Shown here piece after piece: positions 10,330 to 20,264 of a stretch of DNA of 64,000 bases (the stretch's first letter is position 1; each line of letters opens with the position of its first letter). The notes below the pieces were generated by a model, which worked only from the letters and a program-made list of their open reading frames with translations, was not told where the DNA came from and searched no databases. Origin of the DNA: Bacteroidota bacterium (GTDB taxonomy: Bacteria; Bacteroidota; Bacteroidia; AKYH767-A; OLB10); assembly GCA_046303115.1 (NCBI GenBank), contig JBKCGZ010000166.1, positions 6,389-70,388 on the forward strand, read 5' to 3'. The position numbers and the translations under genes are program-made.

Positions 10330-11058
10330 TTATTGTTCTCCTTCTATCAATTGTTTAGATCGCAATTGTTTGTATTCTTCTCTACAATTTTTGCAGTAGA
10401 ACCAATCGCTCGTAAATGTTGTTGCTTCTTCTCTTCCACAACTATCACATTGCCGCATTGATTCCGTTCGTTGGTAGTGAAGTTTATTGATATGATCATC
10501 AAGATGAATTGGAGGATAATCAAAAAGATTAATTTCTTCTAATAATCGAGGATGAACAGGATAAAAACCATTGTTACCTTTTACATCAACCAAAACTACA
10601 CGTTTGCCCATTGAGCGAAGCTGTTTAATCAATGGTTGATAATCGATGTCGCCTGCTAGAATACAAGCCACATCAAATGATGTGTTTTGATAGGCCATTG
10701 ATATTGCGGTTGTAGCTAATCCAACCTCTAAACAATTTTCTCTTCGAGCAGCTACTTCTTTATTTTTGAAGTCATATTCGTAAATTTCAGTGTTGTAGTT
10801 ACAACGCTTCGCTAACATTTCATAAAACTGACGTTCGCGTAAATTATCATGCCCAGGTTTATTTATAGCAATTGTTCCAAAGTAATAAGTACGCATCAAA
10901 TCTACCTGAACATCAGCTGCTATTCCAAGCTGCTCCTTAACTAATTTTGGTAATGCTCGATAATCTAATTCGAATTCGGTGTCATCACAAAGACTTAAAA
11001 GGTAAGGGCGCACATGGTAAAGCCATCCACCATCGATAAATAACATTGCTTTCATCAT
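10330..11058 (-). CDS. NYN (LabA-like) domain protein with C-terminal Cys4 zinc ribbon
   Basis: 242 aa. AMLFIDGGWLYH...VACILAGDIDYQPLIKQLRSMGKRVVLV is a NYN/PIN-like core. C-terminal CDSCGRE...CKNC. Confidence 0.65.
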   Translation of the reverse strand: MMKAMLFIDGGWLYHVRPYLLSLCDDTEFELDYRALPKLVKEQLGIAADVQVDLMRTYYFGTIAINKPGHDNLRERQFYEMLAKRCNYNTEIYEYDFKNKEVAARRENCLEVGLATTAISMAYQNTSFDVACILAGDIDYQPLIKQLRSMGKRVVLVDVKGNNGFYPVHPRLLEEINLFDYPPIHLDDHINKLHYQRTESMRQCDSCGREEATTFTSDWFYCKNCREEYKQLRSKQLIEGEQ

Positions 11059-11131
11059 AAATGTAAAAATAGGAACAGATTAAAATCAAAAATTAATAAA
11101 TAATAAAGAATGATTAACAGGTTTTTAAACA

Positions 11132-11947
11132 TTAAACAGCCACCTGAAAATCTCTTAAAGCATCATTCAAGGAAGTTTTCTGATCAGTACTTTCCTTTCT
11201 TTTTCCAATAATTAATGCACAAGGTACTTGATATTCTCCAGCAGGAAATTTCTTTGCATAAGAACCGGGAATAACAACAGATCGAGAAGGAACAACACCT
11301 TTATATTCGATAGGAGCATCACCTGATACATCAATAATCTTTGTCGACATCGTAAGTACCACGTTAGCACCTAGCACAGCTTCTTTCTCTACACGAACTC
11401 CTTCCACAACTATTGATCGTGAACCTAGAAAACATCCATCTTCTATAATTACTGGTGCTGCCTGAACAGGTTCTAACACCCCGCCTATACCCACTCCACC
11501 GCTTAAGTGAACGTTCTTACCTATCTGAGCACACGAACCCACAGTTGCCCAGGTATCGACCATCGTACCTGCATCAACGTAAGCACCTATGTTTACATAA
11601 GAGGGCATCATAATAACACCCGGCGATAAATAACTTCCGTAACGAGCTATTGCATGAGGAACAACACGTACTCCCTGGGCAGCGTAATTATTTTTAAGAG
11701 GTATTTTATCATGAAATTCAAAAGGACCAACTTCAATGGTTTCCATTTTCATGATTGGGAAATACATAATAACTGCTTTCTTAATCCAATCGTTTACCTG
11801 CCATCCATCCTGAACAGGCTCTGCCACTCGAATTTTTCCTTCGTTCAATAAGGCAACCACACTTTTTACCGCATCTTGCGTTTCCTGTTGCTGAAGTAGA
11901 TCACGGTTCTCCCAAGTCTTCTCAATTATCGCTTGTATTTCTTTCAT
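11132..11947 (-). CDS. dapD: 2,3,4,5-tetrahydropyridine-2,6-dicarboxylate N-succinyltransferase
   Basis: 271 aa. Hexapeptide-repeat LbH region: SYVNIGAYVDAGTMVDTWATVGSCAQIGKNVHLSGGVGIGGVLEP. Confidence 0.9.
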   Translation of the reverse strand: MKEIQAIIEKTWENRDLLQQQETQDAVKSVVALLNEGKIRVAEPVQDGWQVNDWIKKAVIMYFPIMKMETIEVGPFEFHDKIPLKNNYAAQGVRVVPHAIARYGSYLSPGVIMMPSYVNIGAYVDAGTMVDTWATVGSCAQIGKNVHLSGGVGIGGVLEPVQAAPVIIEDGCFLGSRSIVVEGVRVEKEAVLGANVVLTMSTKIIDVSGDAPIEYKGVVPSRSVVIPGSYAKKFPAGEYQVPCALIIGKRKESTDQKTSLNDALRDFQVAV

Positions 11948-12010
11948 TTGTCTTGATTAGTAAAGTGGCGCAAAGTTATAAATAAGAACAGAACTTATTA
12001 CCTTTGCAAC

Positions 12011-12424
12011 ATGGGAAGAATTATGGCCATTGATTATGGAAGCAAGAGAACAGGATTGGCTGTAACGGACCCCTTAAAAATTGTTGCAAGTCCGTTGGAT
12101 ACAATCGCAACCCATTTGCTGGTAGACTTTCTAAAAGGCTATTTGGCAAAGGAAGAAGTGGAAAGTATCGTCATCGGTGATCCGCGTCGATTGAATGGCC
12201 AAATGTCGGAGACCACCCACCTGACCAATCAGTTTGTAAACAAGCTAAAAAAAGAAATCCCGACCATTAAAATAGTTCGAATGGATGAACGCTTCACTTC
12301 TAAAATTGCAGAGAAAAGCGTTTTGACCATGGGTCTACCGAAGATGAAACGACAAGATAAGTCGCTGATAGATAAGGTAAGTGCCACGATTATTTTACAA
12401 GATTATTTAAATACAATTGCTTAA
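12011..12424 (+). CDS. ruvX: Holliday-junction resolvase-like RuvX/YqgF
   Basis: 137 aa. IMAIDYGSKRTGLAVTD RNase-H-like motif. The start could be the internal M at 12023. Confidence 0.85.
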   Translation: MGRIMAIDYGSKRTGLAVTDPLKIVASPLDTIATHLLVDFLKGYLAKEEVESIVIGDPRRLNGQMSETTHLTNQFVNKLKKEIPTIKIVRMDERFTSKIAEKSVLTMGLPKMKRQDKSLIDKVSATIILQDYLNTIA

Positions 12425-12433
12425 TAAAAGATT

Positions 12434-12991
12434 ATGATTTACCCTATCGTTGCATACGGAGACCCGATTTTAAGAAAAGTGGCAGAACCTATTTCAGCCG
12501 ATTATCCGAAGCTAAATGAGATTATTCAAAATATGTTTGATACCATGCGCCGTAGTAACGGAATCGGATTAGCAGCCCCTCAAATAGGCCTTTCGATCCG
12601 ACTTTTTGTGGTTGATGCTACGCCTTATGAAAACGACGAACGTGACCTTGATGGATTCAAGCAGGTTTTTATCAATGCTCAGATTTTAGAAGAAGAGGGT
12701 AAAAAATGGAAATGTTCTGAAGGATGTTTAAGCATTCCGGGAATTCGAGAAGACGTAGATAGAAATCCGAATATAACAGTTCGTTACATGGATGAAAACT
12801 TTGTGGAGCATACGGAATCCTATACAGGTATGCGCGCAAGAATCATCCAGCATGAATACGATCATATTGAAGGTATTTTGATGACGGATAGACTTACTCC
12901 GATTAAAAAGCAATTATTGAAAGGACGTTTGAACGATATTATGAAAGGCCGTACTGATGCTGATTATAAGATGCGTTTTTACAAGAAGTAA
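12434..12991 (+). CDS. def: Peptide deformylase
   Basis: 185 aa. Motifs GIGLAAPQIG, EGCLSIPG and HEYDHIEG. Confidence 0.92.
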   Translation: MIYPIVAYGDPILRKVAEPISADYPKLNEIIQNMFDTMRRSNGIGLAAPQIGLSIRLFVVDATPYENDERDLDGFKQVFINAQILEEEGKKWKCSEGCLSIPGIREDVDRNPNITVRYMDENFVEHTESYTGMRARIIQHEYDHIEGILMTDRLTPIKKQLLKGRLNDIMKGRTDADYKMRFYKK

Positions 12992-12994
12992 TCA

Positions 12995-13510
12995 ATGAAT
13001 CGCGATAAAATTTTTCTGGTTGGTTTTTCTGGTGCTGGCAAGACGACGTTAGGTAAACAACTTGCTGAAAAGTTAAACTATGACTTTTTTGATATTGATG
13101 AATTGATTGAGCAGAGCGAAGGTATTTCTATTAGTACCATTTTTGAAAAAAAGGGAGAAATGGCATTTCGTAAAATAGAAAACAAAGTATTGACGAAAAC
13201 CATGTTTTTTCCTAAAACAGTCATTGCCTGCGGGGGCGGTACTCCTTGCTTTCATGATAATATGGATTTCATGCTAAAACAAGGGACAGTCATTTACCTT
13301 AAAGTTACTGAAGAAGAACTAGGAACTCGAATTCAGAATAGTGATACACCAAGACCTCTTTTCAGTGATTCGAAAGAATACGAAAAATCAGTTCGAAGAA
13401 TCAAGATAATGTTAGAAGAGCGAAAAAAGGATTATCAGCGTGCGCATATCACCATAGAAAATTCAAATAAGGATACTGAAGCTTTAGATAAAATTTTAAA
13501 AGCATTATAG
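12995..13510 (+). CDS. aroK: Shikimate kinase
   Basis: 171 aa. Walker A GFSGAGKTT. Short AroK fold. Confidence 0.88.
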   Translation: MNRDKIFLVGFSGAGKTTLGKQLAEKLNYDFFDIDELIEQSEGISISTIFEKKGEMAFRKIENKVLTKTMFFPKTVIACGGGTPCFHDNMDFMLKQGTVIYLKVTEEELGTRIQNSDTPRPLFSDSKEYEKSVRRIKIMLEERKKDYQRAHITIENSNKDTEALDKILKAL

Positions 13511-13513
13511 CAC

Positions 13514-14212
13514 TTACCACTCTTTTTCAGGTTTCCCACCTGTTGCATCAAACTTCTTAGCATTTTTCTTTTGCAATTTCTGCTCTTGATTCTTTAACGC
13601 TTGTAACATACGCTCAGCTTCTTCTTTAGAAATCTTAGGCTGTGCTTGCTGCTTCTGTTGTTGCTGTTGTTGTTGCTGTTGATCTTTTTTCTGATCTTGA
13701 TTTTTATTTTGCTGCTGCTGTTGTTGTTGCTGTTGCTGATCTTTTTTCTGATCCTGATTTTTATCCTGCTTATTATTTTTGTTTTGTTGCGCTTTCAATT
13801 TTGTTAAGGCATACGCTAAATTATAACGAGCATCTTCATCATTTGGATTTTGTCGTAAGGCCATTTTATAAGCATCGATACTTTCCTGATATTTTTCGGC
13901 TTTCAAATACGTATTTCCCAAGTTATAATAAGCCTTCGATTGCTCAATAGCATCTTTAGTTGTTCCAGCAGACTGCATATACTGTTTGCCTGCCTCTTCC
14001 ATATTATCTTGCTTATAATAGGCATTACCTAAATTGTAATTTCCAGCAAAGCTTTTTGGGTCGGAAGTTATAGCCGACTTATAATCGATCTCTGCATCTT
14101 TGAACTTTTTATTGTTATAAGCCCCATTTCCACGACGAATAGTAGAATTAGCATTTTGTGCCTGCGACCATAAATGCATTGAAACGAAAATCAAACAAAC
14201 AATAATTCTCAT
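13514..14212 (-). CDS. batC: TPR-repeat protein with a poly-Q/K/D low-complexity tail; last gene of the Bat-like operon (BatC-like)
   Basis: 232 aa. Signal peptide, then three or four TPR-like repeats: AYYNLGNTYLKAEKYQESIDAYKMAL and NYNLGNAYYKQDNMEEAGKQYMQ. C-terminus QDKNQDQKKDQQQQQQQQQQNKNQDQKKDQQQQQQQQQKQQ. Confidence 0.65.
   Translation of the reverse strand: MRIIVCLIFVSMHLWSQAQNANSTIRRGNGAYNNKKFKDAEIDYKSAITSDPKSFAGNYNLGNAYYKQDNMEEAGKQYMQSAGTTKDAIEQSKAYYNLGNTYLKAEKYQESIDAYKMALRQNPNDEDARYNLAYALTKLKAQQNKNNKQDKNQDQKKDQQQQQQQQQQNKNQDQKKDQQQQQQQQQKQQAQPKISKEEAERMLQALKNQEQKLQKKNAKKFDATGGKPEKEW
13655..13767. repeat. About 55-bp imperfect tandem duplication inside batC, encoding the poly-Q block
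   Basis: gctgctg(ttg)n...gatcttttttctgatc(t/c)tgatttttat occurs twice back-to-back across 13655..13767. Confidence 0.7.
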
Positions 14213-15258
14213 AAGTCCTGCTTTTTATTTTCTCCAAATAAATTCCATTTTGCAACCACTTTACTCTTGTTTTCTCCAATGATAAAATCAATGATAAATA
14301 AAAATAATGCGATTGCAAGAAAGAACTGAAATTGGTTTTCAAAACTTGTATACATTTTTGCTTTGAATTCTTTTTTATCCAAAGCACTTAATTCTTTTAA
14401 CACAATTGATAATCCATCATCACTATTCGTAGCGTGAATAAACTTTCCCTTCCCCGCTTCTGCAATATCCTCAAGCATGACACTATTCAACTTTGTCATG
14501 ATGGTTTGTCCTGAACGATCTTGACGATAACCTACCTTAGCTCCATTACTATAAATCGGAATTGGCGTTCCCTGCTCCGAGCCCATTCCAATAGTATAAA
14601 CTTTTACACCTTGCTCACTTGCCGACTTCGCAGCTTCAATAGCATCATCTTCGTGATTTTCTCCATCCGTAATAATCACTATTGCACTGTTCTTCTTTAT
14701 TGTATCAGTAAAAGAAGTCGTTGCAAGATCGATGGCAGCACCAATAGCAGTACCTTGTGTAGGAACGATGTCCGTATTTATTTGAGTTAGAAATAATTTT
14801 GCTGCTCCGTAATCTGTTGTTATTGGCAATTGGGTATAGGCATCCCCAGCAAAAACAATAAGACCTACCCGATCACCTTCCAGCTTGTCGATTAAACGAC
14901 TTATAGCTTGCTTAGCACGCTCTAATCGATTAGGCATTAGATCCTCAGCAAGCATACTATTTGATACATCTAAACAAATAATAATATCTGAACCTTTACG
15001 CTTTACTTCTTCCAACTTTGATCCGATTAATGGTCCGCATAATCCAATAATTAATGAAATAAAAGCAACCCATCTAATCCAGAATTTTAACGTAGGACGA
15101 GTAAGGCTAACTTCCGGAAATAGGTTGTTGATGATTTCCATTTTACCAAAACGAACTAAGGCTTTTTTCTTCCAGCGAATGAACATCCAAAACAACACTA
15201 CTAACAGTAATGCTGTAACGAAAAGATAAATCATCTCAGGGTTTTGAAATCGAAACAT
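14209..15258 (-). CDS. batB: von Willebrand factor A domain membrane protein (BatB-like)
   Basis: 349 aa. N-terminal TM, then VWA with MIDAS: IICLDVSNSMLAEDLMPNRLERAK...GLIVFAGDAYTQLPITTDY...IVIITDGENH. ATGA overlap with the upstream gene. Confidence 0.8.
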   Translation of the reverse strand: MFRFQNPEMIYLFVTALLLVVLFWMFIRWKKKALVRFGKMEIINNLFPEVSLTRPTLKFWIRWVAFISLIIGLCGPLIGSKLEEVKRKGSDIIICLDVSNSMLAEDLMPNRLERAKQAISRLIDKLEGDRVGLIVFAGDAYTQLPITTDYGAAKLFLTQINTDIVPTQGTAIGAAIDLATTSFTDTIKKNSAIVIITDGENHEDDAIEAAKSASEQGVKVYTIGMGSEQGTPIPIYSNGAKVGYRQDRSGQTIMTKLNSVMLEDIAEAGKGKFIHATNSDDGLSIVLKELSALDKKEFKAKMYTSFENQFQFFLAIALFLFIIDFIIGENKSKVVAKWNLFGENKKQDL

Positions 15259-15260
15259 GG

Positions 15261-16268
15261 CTATGGTAAACTTTTCAATAAGGTATAACGAAGAATTAAT
15301 TCACAGAAGATAAGTACAAATGCAATAAACGCAAATGGCAAATACTCTTCGGTATAACGATTGAACTCTGTCACTTCAATTTTTGATTTTTCAAGTCGAT
15401 CAATTTCGCGAAACACATTTTCAAGAGCTTTATTACCGGTGGCTCTAAAGTATTTACCGTCGGTATTTTGTGCTACTTGAGTTAAAAGTGCTTCATCAAT
15501 TTGGACTTCCATATTTTGATATTGAATTCCGAATGGAGTTTTAAATGGATATGGAGCCATACCTTTAGTTCCAACACCAATTGAATATACGCGCACATCA
15601 AATGCTTTAGCAATTTCTCCAGCTGTTGAAGGCGGAATAGCTCCTGAATTATTTACACCATCCGTAATTAAAACCACTACTTTACTTTTTGTTTTAGCAT
15701 CCTTTACTCGACTAATAGCTGTTGCTAATCCCTCTCCAATTGCAGTACCATCTACTAGCATCCCTGGCTGAACATCTTTTAATACATTACGAAGAACAGA
15801 ATGATCAGAAGTGATTGGACACTGCGTAAAACTTTCTCCGGAAAAAATCACTAACCCAATTAAATCATTCGGACGGCCATCAATAAATTGTTGCGCTACT
15901 TTCTTTGCTGATTCAATACGATTAGGTTTAAAGTCTTCTGCAAGCATACTCGCAGAAATATCTAATGCAATGACAATCGAAATACCTTCTGTAGTTACGT
16001 TAGAAGAGCTGGAAGATGATTGCGGACGATCTAAAGAAATTACTAAAAACACAAATGCGAACAAACGACAAAACAATGGCAGATTAATAATTCTACTCTT
16101 CCATGTTGGAGGAATTCGGGCGAAAGAATCTGTGCTACTAATCTGAATTGTTGGCGCTTTAAAACGCTTGAACTTCCAGAAGTAAATAACTAATATTGGA
16201 ATTATCAATAAAAACCAAAACCATTCAGGATTTTTAAATTGATAAAAATGCTCTTGCCACCAACTCAT
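15261..16268 (-). CDS. batA: von Willebrand factor A domain membrane protein (BatA-like)
   Basis: 335 aa. IVIALDISASMLAEDFKPNRIESAK...GLVIFSGESFTQCPITSDH...VVVLITDGVNN. Two TM segments. Confidence 0.8.
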   Translation of the reverse strand: MSWWQEHFYQFKNPEWFWFLLIIPILVIYFWKFKRFKAPTIQISSTDSFARIPPTWKSRIINLPLFCRLFAFVFLVISLDRPQSSSSSSNVTTEGISIVIALDISASMLAEDFKPNRIESAKKVAQQFIDGRPNDLIGLVIFSGESFTQCPITSDHSVLRNVLKDVQPGMLVDGTAIGEGLATAISRVKDAKTKSKVVVLITDGVNNSGAIPPSTAGEIAKAFDVRVYSIGVGTKGMAPYPFKTPFGIQYQNMEVQIDEALLTQVAQNTDGKYFRATGNKALENVFREIDRLEKSKIEVTEFNRYTEEYLPFAFIAFVLIFCELILRYTLLKSLP

Positions 16269-17230
16269 GCTTCCCCTCCTTTTTGATTCGACATTTCTTT
16301 TTCAGTAGCAGGTGTTGTTGCCTCCACAAACTGAACAGCATTAGTAAAACTCAATTCATGTTCTGAAATATGCGGAACAGCTTTCGCAAATTTTACTAAA
16401 TCAGCAAGACGTAAAAGGTATACTAATTTATCATTCTCGGCAGCATCAATTTGCTTTATAAATGCATGTTCTAAAATTTCATCAGAAGTAAATTCTAACG
16501 CTGGAATCATCCAACGATTTTGAATATAGGCACGAACAATCTCTGTTAATTCAGAATAATACAGTTTAACATCACCTTGCTGCCAAATCTCTTTCTTCTT
16601 TAATTGATCAAAACTTTCCATCGCAATCATATAGGCAGATTGCTTCGGTGCAACAATTACTTTTGCGGCATCATCGAGCTGTTTTGCTTTTTTCAAATAG
16701 CGAACAAGCAACAAAACAATAATGGCTAATGCAATAACTCCTAATGCAACTAAGCAAATAAACATCCAATCATAAGGAACATCTTGAATCGGATGGATAT
16801 CTTTTATCGCTTTGGTGGTATCAACCGGCATTAAAAAAACTTTTACTGATAATGGATCAGTATAAACTTTAGCCGTTGTATTTCTTACTTTATAATCGAT
16901 GGTAAATCCAGGTATCACAAAAATTCCTGTATCAAAAGCCATCAGTGTTACTTTCTGACTTCGCAATAACATCGTATTATCTTCAACAGGAATAGTATCT
17001 AATCCTTCATTCTTTACCACCTCTAACATTCCGATACTATCAGAGAAATAAGGCCAATCGATTTTTATATCTTTTGGTTGCGTGATTGAAAGTTCTAATA
17101 CGAAAGGTTGTCCCACCACCACAATATTAGTATCGAGCTTAGCAGTAGCTACAACACCTTGTGCATGACTCAAATTACTTAATAGCGTAAGACATGCAAT
17201 CAAAAAAAGATTTTTTATCAGTTGCTTCAT
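16265..17230 (-). CDS. Hypothetical single-pass membrane protein of the MoxR/DUF58/Bat operon
   Basis: 321 aa. Signal peptide. Central TM MFICLVALGVIALAIIVLLLV. Sits between the DUF58 and BatA genes with 4-nt overlaps. Confidence 0.55.
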   Translation of the reverse strand: MKQLIKNLFLIACLTLLSNLSHAQGVVATAKLDTNIVVVGQPFVLELSITQPKDIKIDWPYFSDSIGMLEVVKNEGLDTIPVEDNTMLLRSQKVTLMAFDTGIFVIPGFTIDYKVRNTTAKVYTDPLSVKVFLMPVDTTKAIKDIHPIQDVPYDWMFICLVALGVIALAIIVLLLVRYLKKAKQLDDAAKVIVAPKQSAYMIAMESFDQLKKKEIWQQGDVKLYYSELTEIVRAYIQNRWMIPALEFTSDEILEHAFIKQIDAAENDKLVYLLRLADLVKFAKAVPHISEHELSFTNAVQFVEATTPATEKEMSNQKGGEA

Positions 17231-18090
17231 CGCTGCTTAAATAAATTCATTAATGGTTTTACATACGATTGATCAGTACGGATTGCTACATGATCAACAC
17301 CTGATTTATTCAGTAACTCACTCGTTAAACGTGCTGATTGTTGAAAGTACAATCGGTAATTATTTCGAACATTTGCATCCGAAGTATCCATCACAGAAAC
17401 AAATCCAGTTTCAGCATCTTTAAATCGCACTAAGCCTACATCAGGCATTTCTTCTTCACGAGGATCCACAATGCGAAGTGCGGCAAGGTCATGTTTCTTT
17501 GAAGCCACTTTAATGGCATCATCAAATCCTGAATCCATAAAATCAGAAATCACAAAAGCAATACAGCGCTTTTTAATCATATTATTCAGATACTTTAAAG
17601 CAAGACTAATATCAGTTCCTTTTGACTCAGGCTTGAAATTAATCAGCTCACGAATAATTCTTAAAATATGCGATTTCCCTTTTTTAGGAGGAATGTACTT
17701 TTCAATCTTATCAGAGAAGAAAATCACTCCAGCTTTATCATTGTTCTGGATTGCAGAGAAAGCAATAGTAGCCGTTAATTCTGTTATCAATTCACGCTTG
17801 AGCATGGCAGTGCTACCAAACATTCCTGATTCACTCACATCCACCAGTAACATTACAGTAAGCTCACGTTCTTCTTCAAAAACTTTTACATACGGATTCC
17901 CGAATCTTGCAGTAACGTTCCAGTCGATATTTCTTACATCATCACCTTCTACGTACTCACGAACTTCACTAAACGCCATACCACGCCCTTTAAACGCAGA
18001 GTGATACTCTCCAGAAAAAATCTGTGAGGACAATCCCTTCGTTTTAATTTCGATTTTACGAACGCGTTTTAATAGCTCAGCAGAATCCAT
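17227..18090 (-). CDS. DUF58 (degenerate VWA-like) protein, MoxR partner
   Basis: 287 aa. FSGEYHSAFKGRGMAFSEVREYVEGDDVRNIDWNVTAR is the DUF58 hallmark. Confidence 0.85.
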   Translation of the reverse strand: MDSAELLKRVRKIEIKTKGLSSQIFSGEYHSAFKGRGMAFSEVREYVEGDDVRNIDWNVTARFGNPYVKVFEEERELTVMLLVDVSESGMFGSTAMLKRELITELTATIAFSAIQNNDKAGVIFFSDKIEKYIPPKKGKSHILRIIRELINFKPESKGTDISLALKYLNNMIKKRCIAFVISDFMDSGFDDAIKVASKKHDLAALRIVDPREEEMPDVGLVRFKDAETGFVSVMDTSDANVRNNYRLYFQQSARLTSELLNKSGVDHVAIRTDQSYVKPLMNLFKQR

Positions 18091-18099
18091 TTATAAATC

Positions 18100-19083
18100 T
18101 TAAGGAACTTCAACAATATTTAATACTTCGTTGATCACATCATCAGTCGTGATATTCTCTGCTTCCGCTTCATATGTTAATCCGATACGATGACGCATTA
18201 CATCATGACAAATAGCACGAACATCTTCTGGAATTACATAACCTCTGCGCTTAATAAATGCATAGGCTTTTGCTGCTAATGCTAAGTTGATACTTGCACG
18301 AGGAGAACCTCCATAACTAATCATGCTCTCCAACTTTCGTAAGTTACTTTCCTTCGGGAAACGTGTAGCGAAAACGATATCTAAAATATACTTTTCAATT
18401 TTTTCATCCATGTAAACATCGCGTACAGCATTGCGTGCTTTCACGATCGTTTCCGCTTGAATAATCGGATTTATTTTCGGAAACTCCTGAGCAATATTTT
18501 GACGAATAATTAATTTCTCTTCTTCTTTCGTTGGATATTTAATTACCACCTTTAACATGAAACGATCTAACTGCGCTTCAGGCAATGGATAAGTTCCTTC
18601 TTGCTCAATTGGATTTTGCGTTGCAAGCACTAAAAATGGCTCTGGTAATTTAAACGTTTCATCACCGATAGTCACTTGTCGCTCTTGCATAGCTTCTAGT
18701 AAAGCACTTTGCACTTTAGCAGGAGCACGATTAATTTCATCGGCCAAAATAAAGTTCGCGAATAATGGCCCTTTACGAACCGTGAACTGTTCTTGCTTTT
18801 GATTATAAATCATAGTACCTACTAAATCGGCAGGCAACAAATCAGGAGTAAATTGCAAGCGACTAAACTTAGCTTGAATAGCTGAAGAAAGCGATTTAAT
18901 AGCTAACGTTTTTGCAAGTCCGGGAACACCTTCTAAGAGTAAATGTCCGTTAGAAAGTAATCCTATTAAAAGTCGATCGAGCATGTATTTCTGCCCAACA
19001 ATTACTTTACCTAACTCTAAATTCAACAATTCAATGAAAGCACTTTCTTGTTGAATCTTTTCGTTAATCTCACGAATATCCAT
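18100..19083 (-). CDS. MoxR-family AAA+ ATPase (the ORF track extends to a TTG at 19113; ATG 19083 is preferred)
   Basis: Walker A LLEGVPGLAKT. Walker B FILADEINRAPAKVQSALLEAMQERQVT. Confidence 0.9.
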   Translation of the reverse strand: MDIREINEKIQQESAFIELLNLELGKVIVGQKYMLDRLLIGLLSNGHLLLEGVPGLAKTLAIKSLSSAIQAKFSRLQFTPDLLPADLVGTMIYNQKQEQFTVRKGPLFANFILADEINRAPAKVQSALLEAMQERQVTIGDETFKLPEPFLVLATQNPIEQEGTYPLPEAQLDRFMLKVVIKYPTKEEEKLIIRQNIAQEFPKINPIIQAETIVKARNAVRDVYMDEKIEKYILDIVFATRFPKESNLRKLESMISYGGSPRASINLALAAKAYAFIKRRGYVIPEDVRAICHDVMRHRIGLTYEAEAENITTDDVINEVLNIVEVP

Positions 19084-19187
19084 AAATTTTTCAGTTAAAA
19101 TTTCGAGACACAATATTAGTCCATTCGACTAAAAAAAATCAATAGTCTAAAAGGAGTTATGCGTTAATTTGATGTTAAAAACTTTAA

Positions 19188-20264
19188 CTACTCTACACGC
19201 ACTCGCGGATCTAAAAAAGCATAGAGTAAATCGACCAGCCAATTAATCAAAACAAAGAAGGCAGAGACCATAATAACAGCACCCATTACTACCGGAAAAT
19301 CATAGTGCTCTAATGCATCCACCGTTACTTTACCTACCCCTTTCCAACCAAAAATATATTCTATAAATACTGCTCCTGCCAGCAAGGAGCCAAACCAACC
19401 TGATATAGCTGTTATCACTGGATTTAATGCATTACGAAGGGCATGTTTATATAATACACTTTGATAGGACAATCCCTTTGCTTTAGCTGTTCGCACATAG
19501 TCGGTACTGATAGCATCCAACATAGAGCTTCGCGTAAGCTGAACGATAACTGCCAACGGACGAATACCCAATGTAAATGCTGGTAAAATGATATTCTTCA
19601 GATTTAAAATCTCTCCTTCAAACGGATCAATTTCATAGAGGCTTCCAGTCATACTTAAACCTGTCCAATCACTCAAAACAAATCCGAAAAACCAGGCTAT
19701 TAATATTCCTGCAAAAAATGAAGGTACTGACATACCAAGAATACTAATTATTAGATTTAAATAATCGGGCCATTGTTGGTATCGCGTAGCTGACCATACA
19801 CCGAGAATTATTCCAATGCAAGCAGCAATAAATAAGGCCACAACAGATAATATCGCAGTGCCAGGCAATGCATCTATTAAAATAACACTCACTAACTCCT
19901 GTGATTGATAGGAACGGTTTAAATATGGCTTTTTAAGTATTAACGACTTTTGACTTATCGTTAAAACTTTAAGAAATTCACCATACTTCTCACTACTTGC
20001 ATATACCCTGCTTGTAGAATCATTTAAATTATTAATTGATAAAGGAGAAATATCATTTAAGTAAAGTAAATATCTTTTTGAAATAGGTAAATCAAGTCCT
20101 AGTTGTTTATTAATTGCTTCGAGCGAAGCAACATCAGAACGTTGACCTAACATCAAACGACCTGGATCAGCAGGCAGAATATTAAACAAAAAGAAAACTA
20201 CGGTTACAACTCCAAAAATAATTAGAAGTCCACTCGTAGTTCTCTTTAAGATTAGTTTTATCAT
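19188..20264 (-). CDS. ABC transporter permease, DppB/OppB (BPD_transp_1) family
   Basis: 358 aa, six TMs. EAA-like loop ...YVRTAKAKGLSYQSVLYKHALRNALNPVIT. Confidence 0.8.
   Translation of the reverse strand: MIKLILKRTTSGLLIIFGVVTVVFFLFNILPADPGRLMLGQRSDVASLEAINKQLGLDLPISKRYLLYLNDISPLSINNLNDSTSRVYASSEKYGEFLKVLTISQKSLILKKPYLNRSYQSQELVSVILIDALPGTAILSVVALFIAACIGIILGVWSATRYQQWPDYLNLIISILGMSVPSFFAGILIAWFFGFVLSDWTGLSMTGSLYEIDPFEGEILNLKNIILPAFTLGIRPLAVIVQLTRSSMLDAISTDYVRTAKAKGLSYQSVLYKHALRNALNPVITAISGWFGSLLAGAVFIEYIFGWKGVGKVTVDALEHYDFPVVMGAVIMVSAFFVLINWLVDLLYAFLDPRVRVE

Noticed and set aside
13655-13767. Possible CRISPR-like or mobile repeat
   Set aside because: It is only two units, in frame inside batC, and encodes poly-Q. 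No spacers or cas genes are present.
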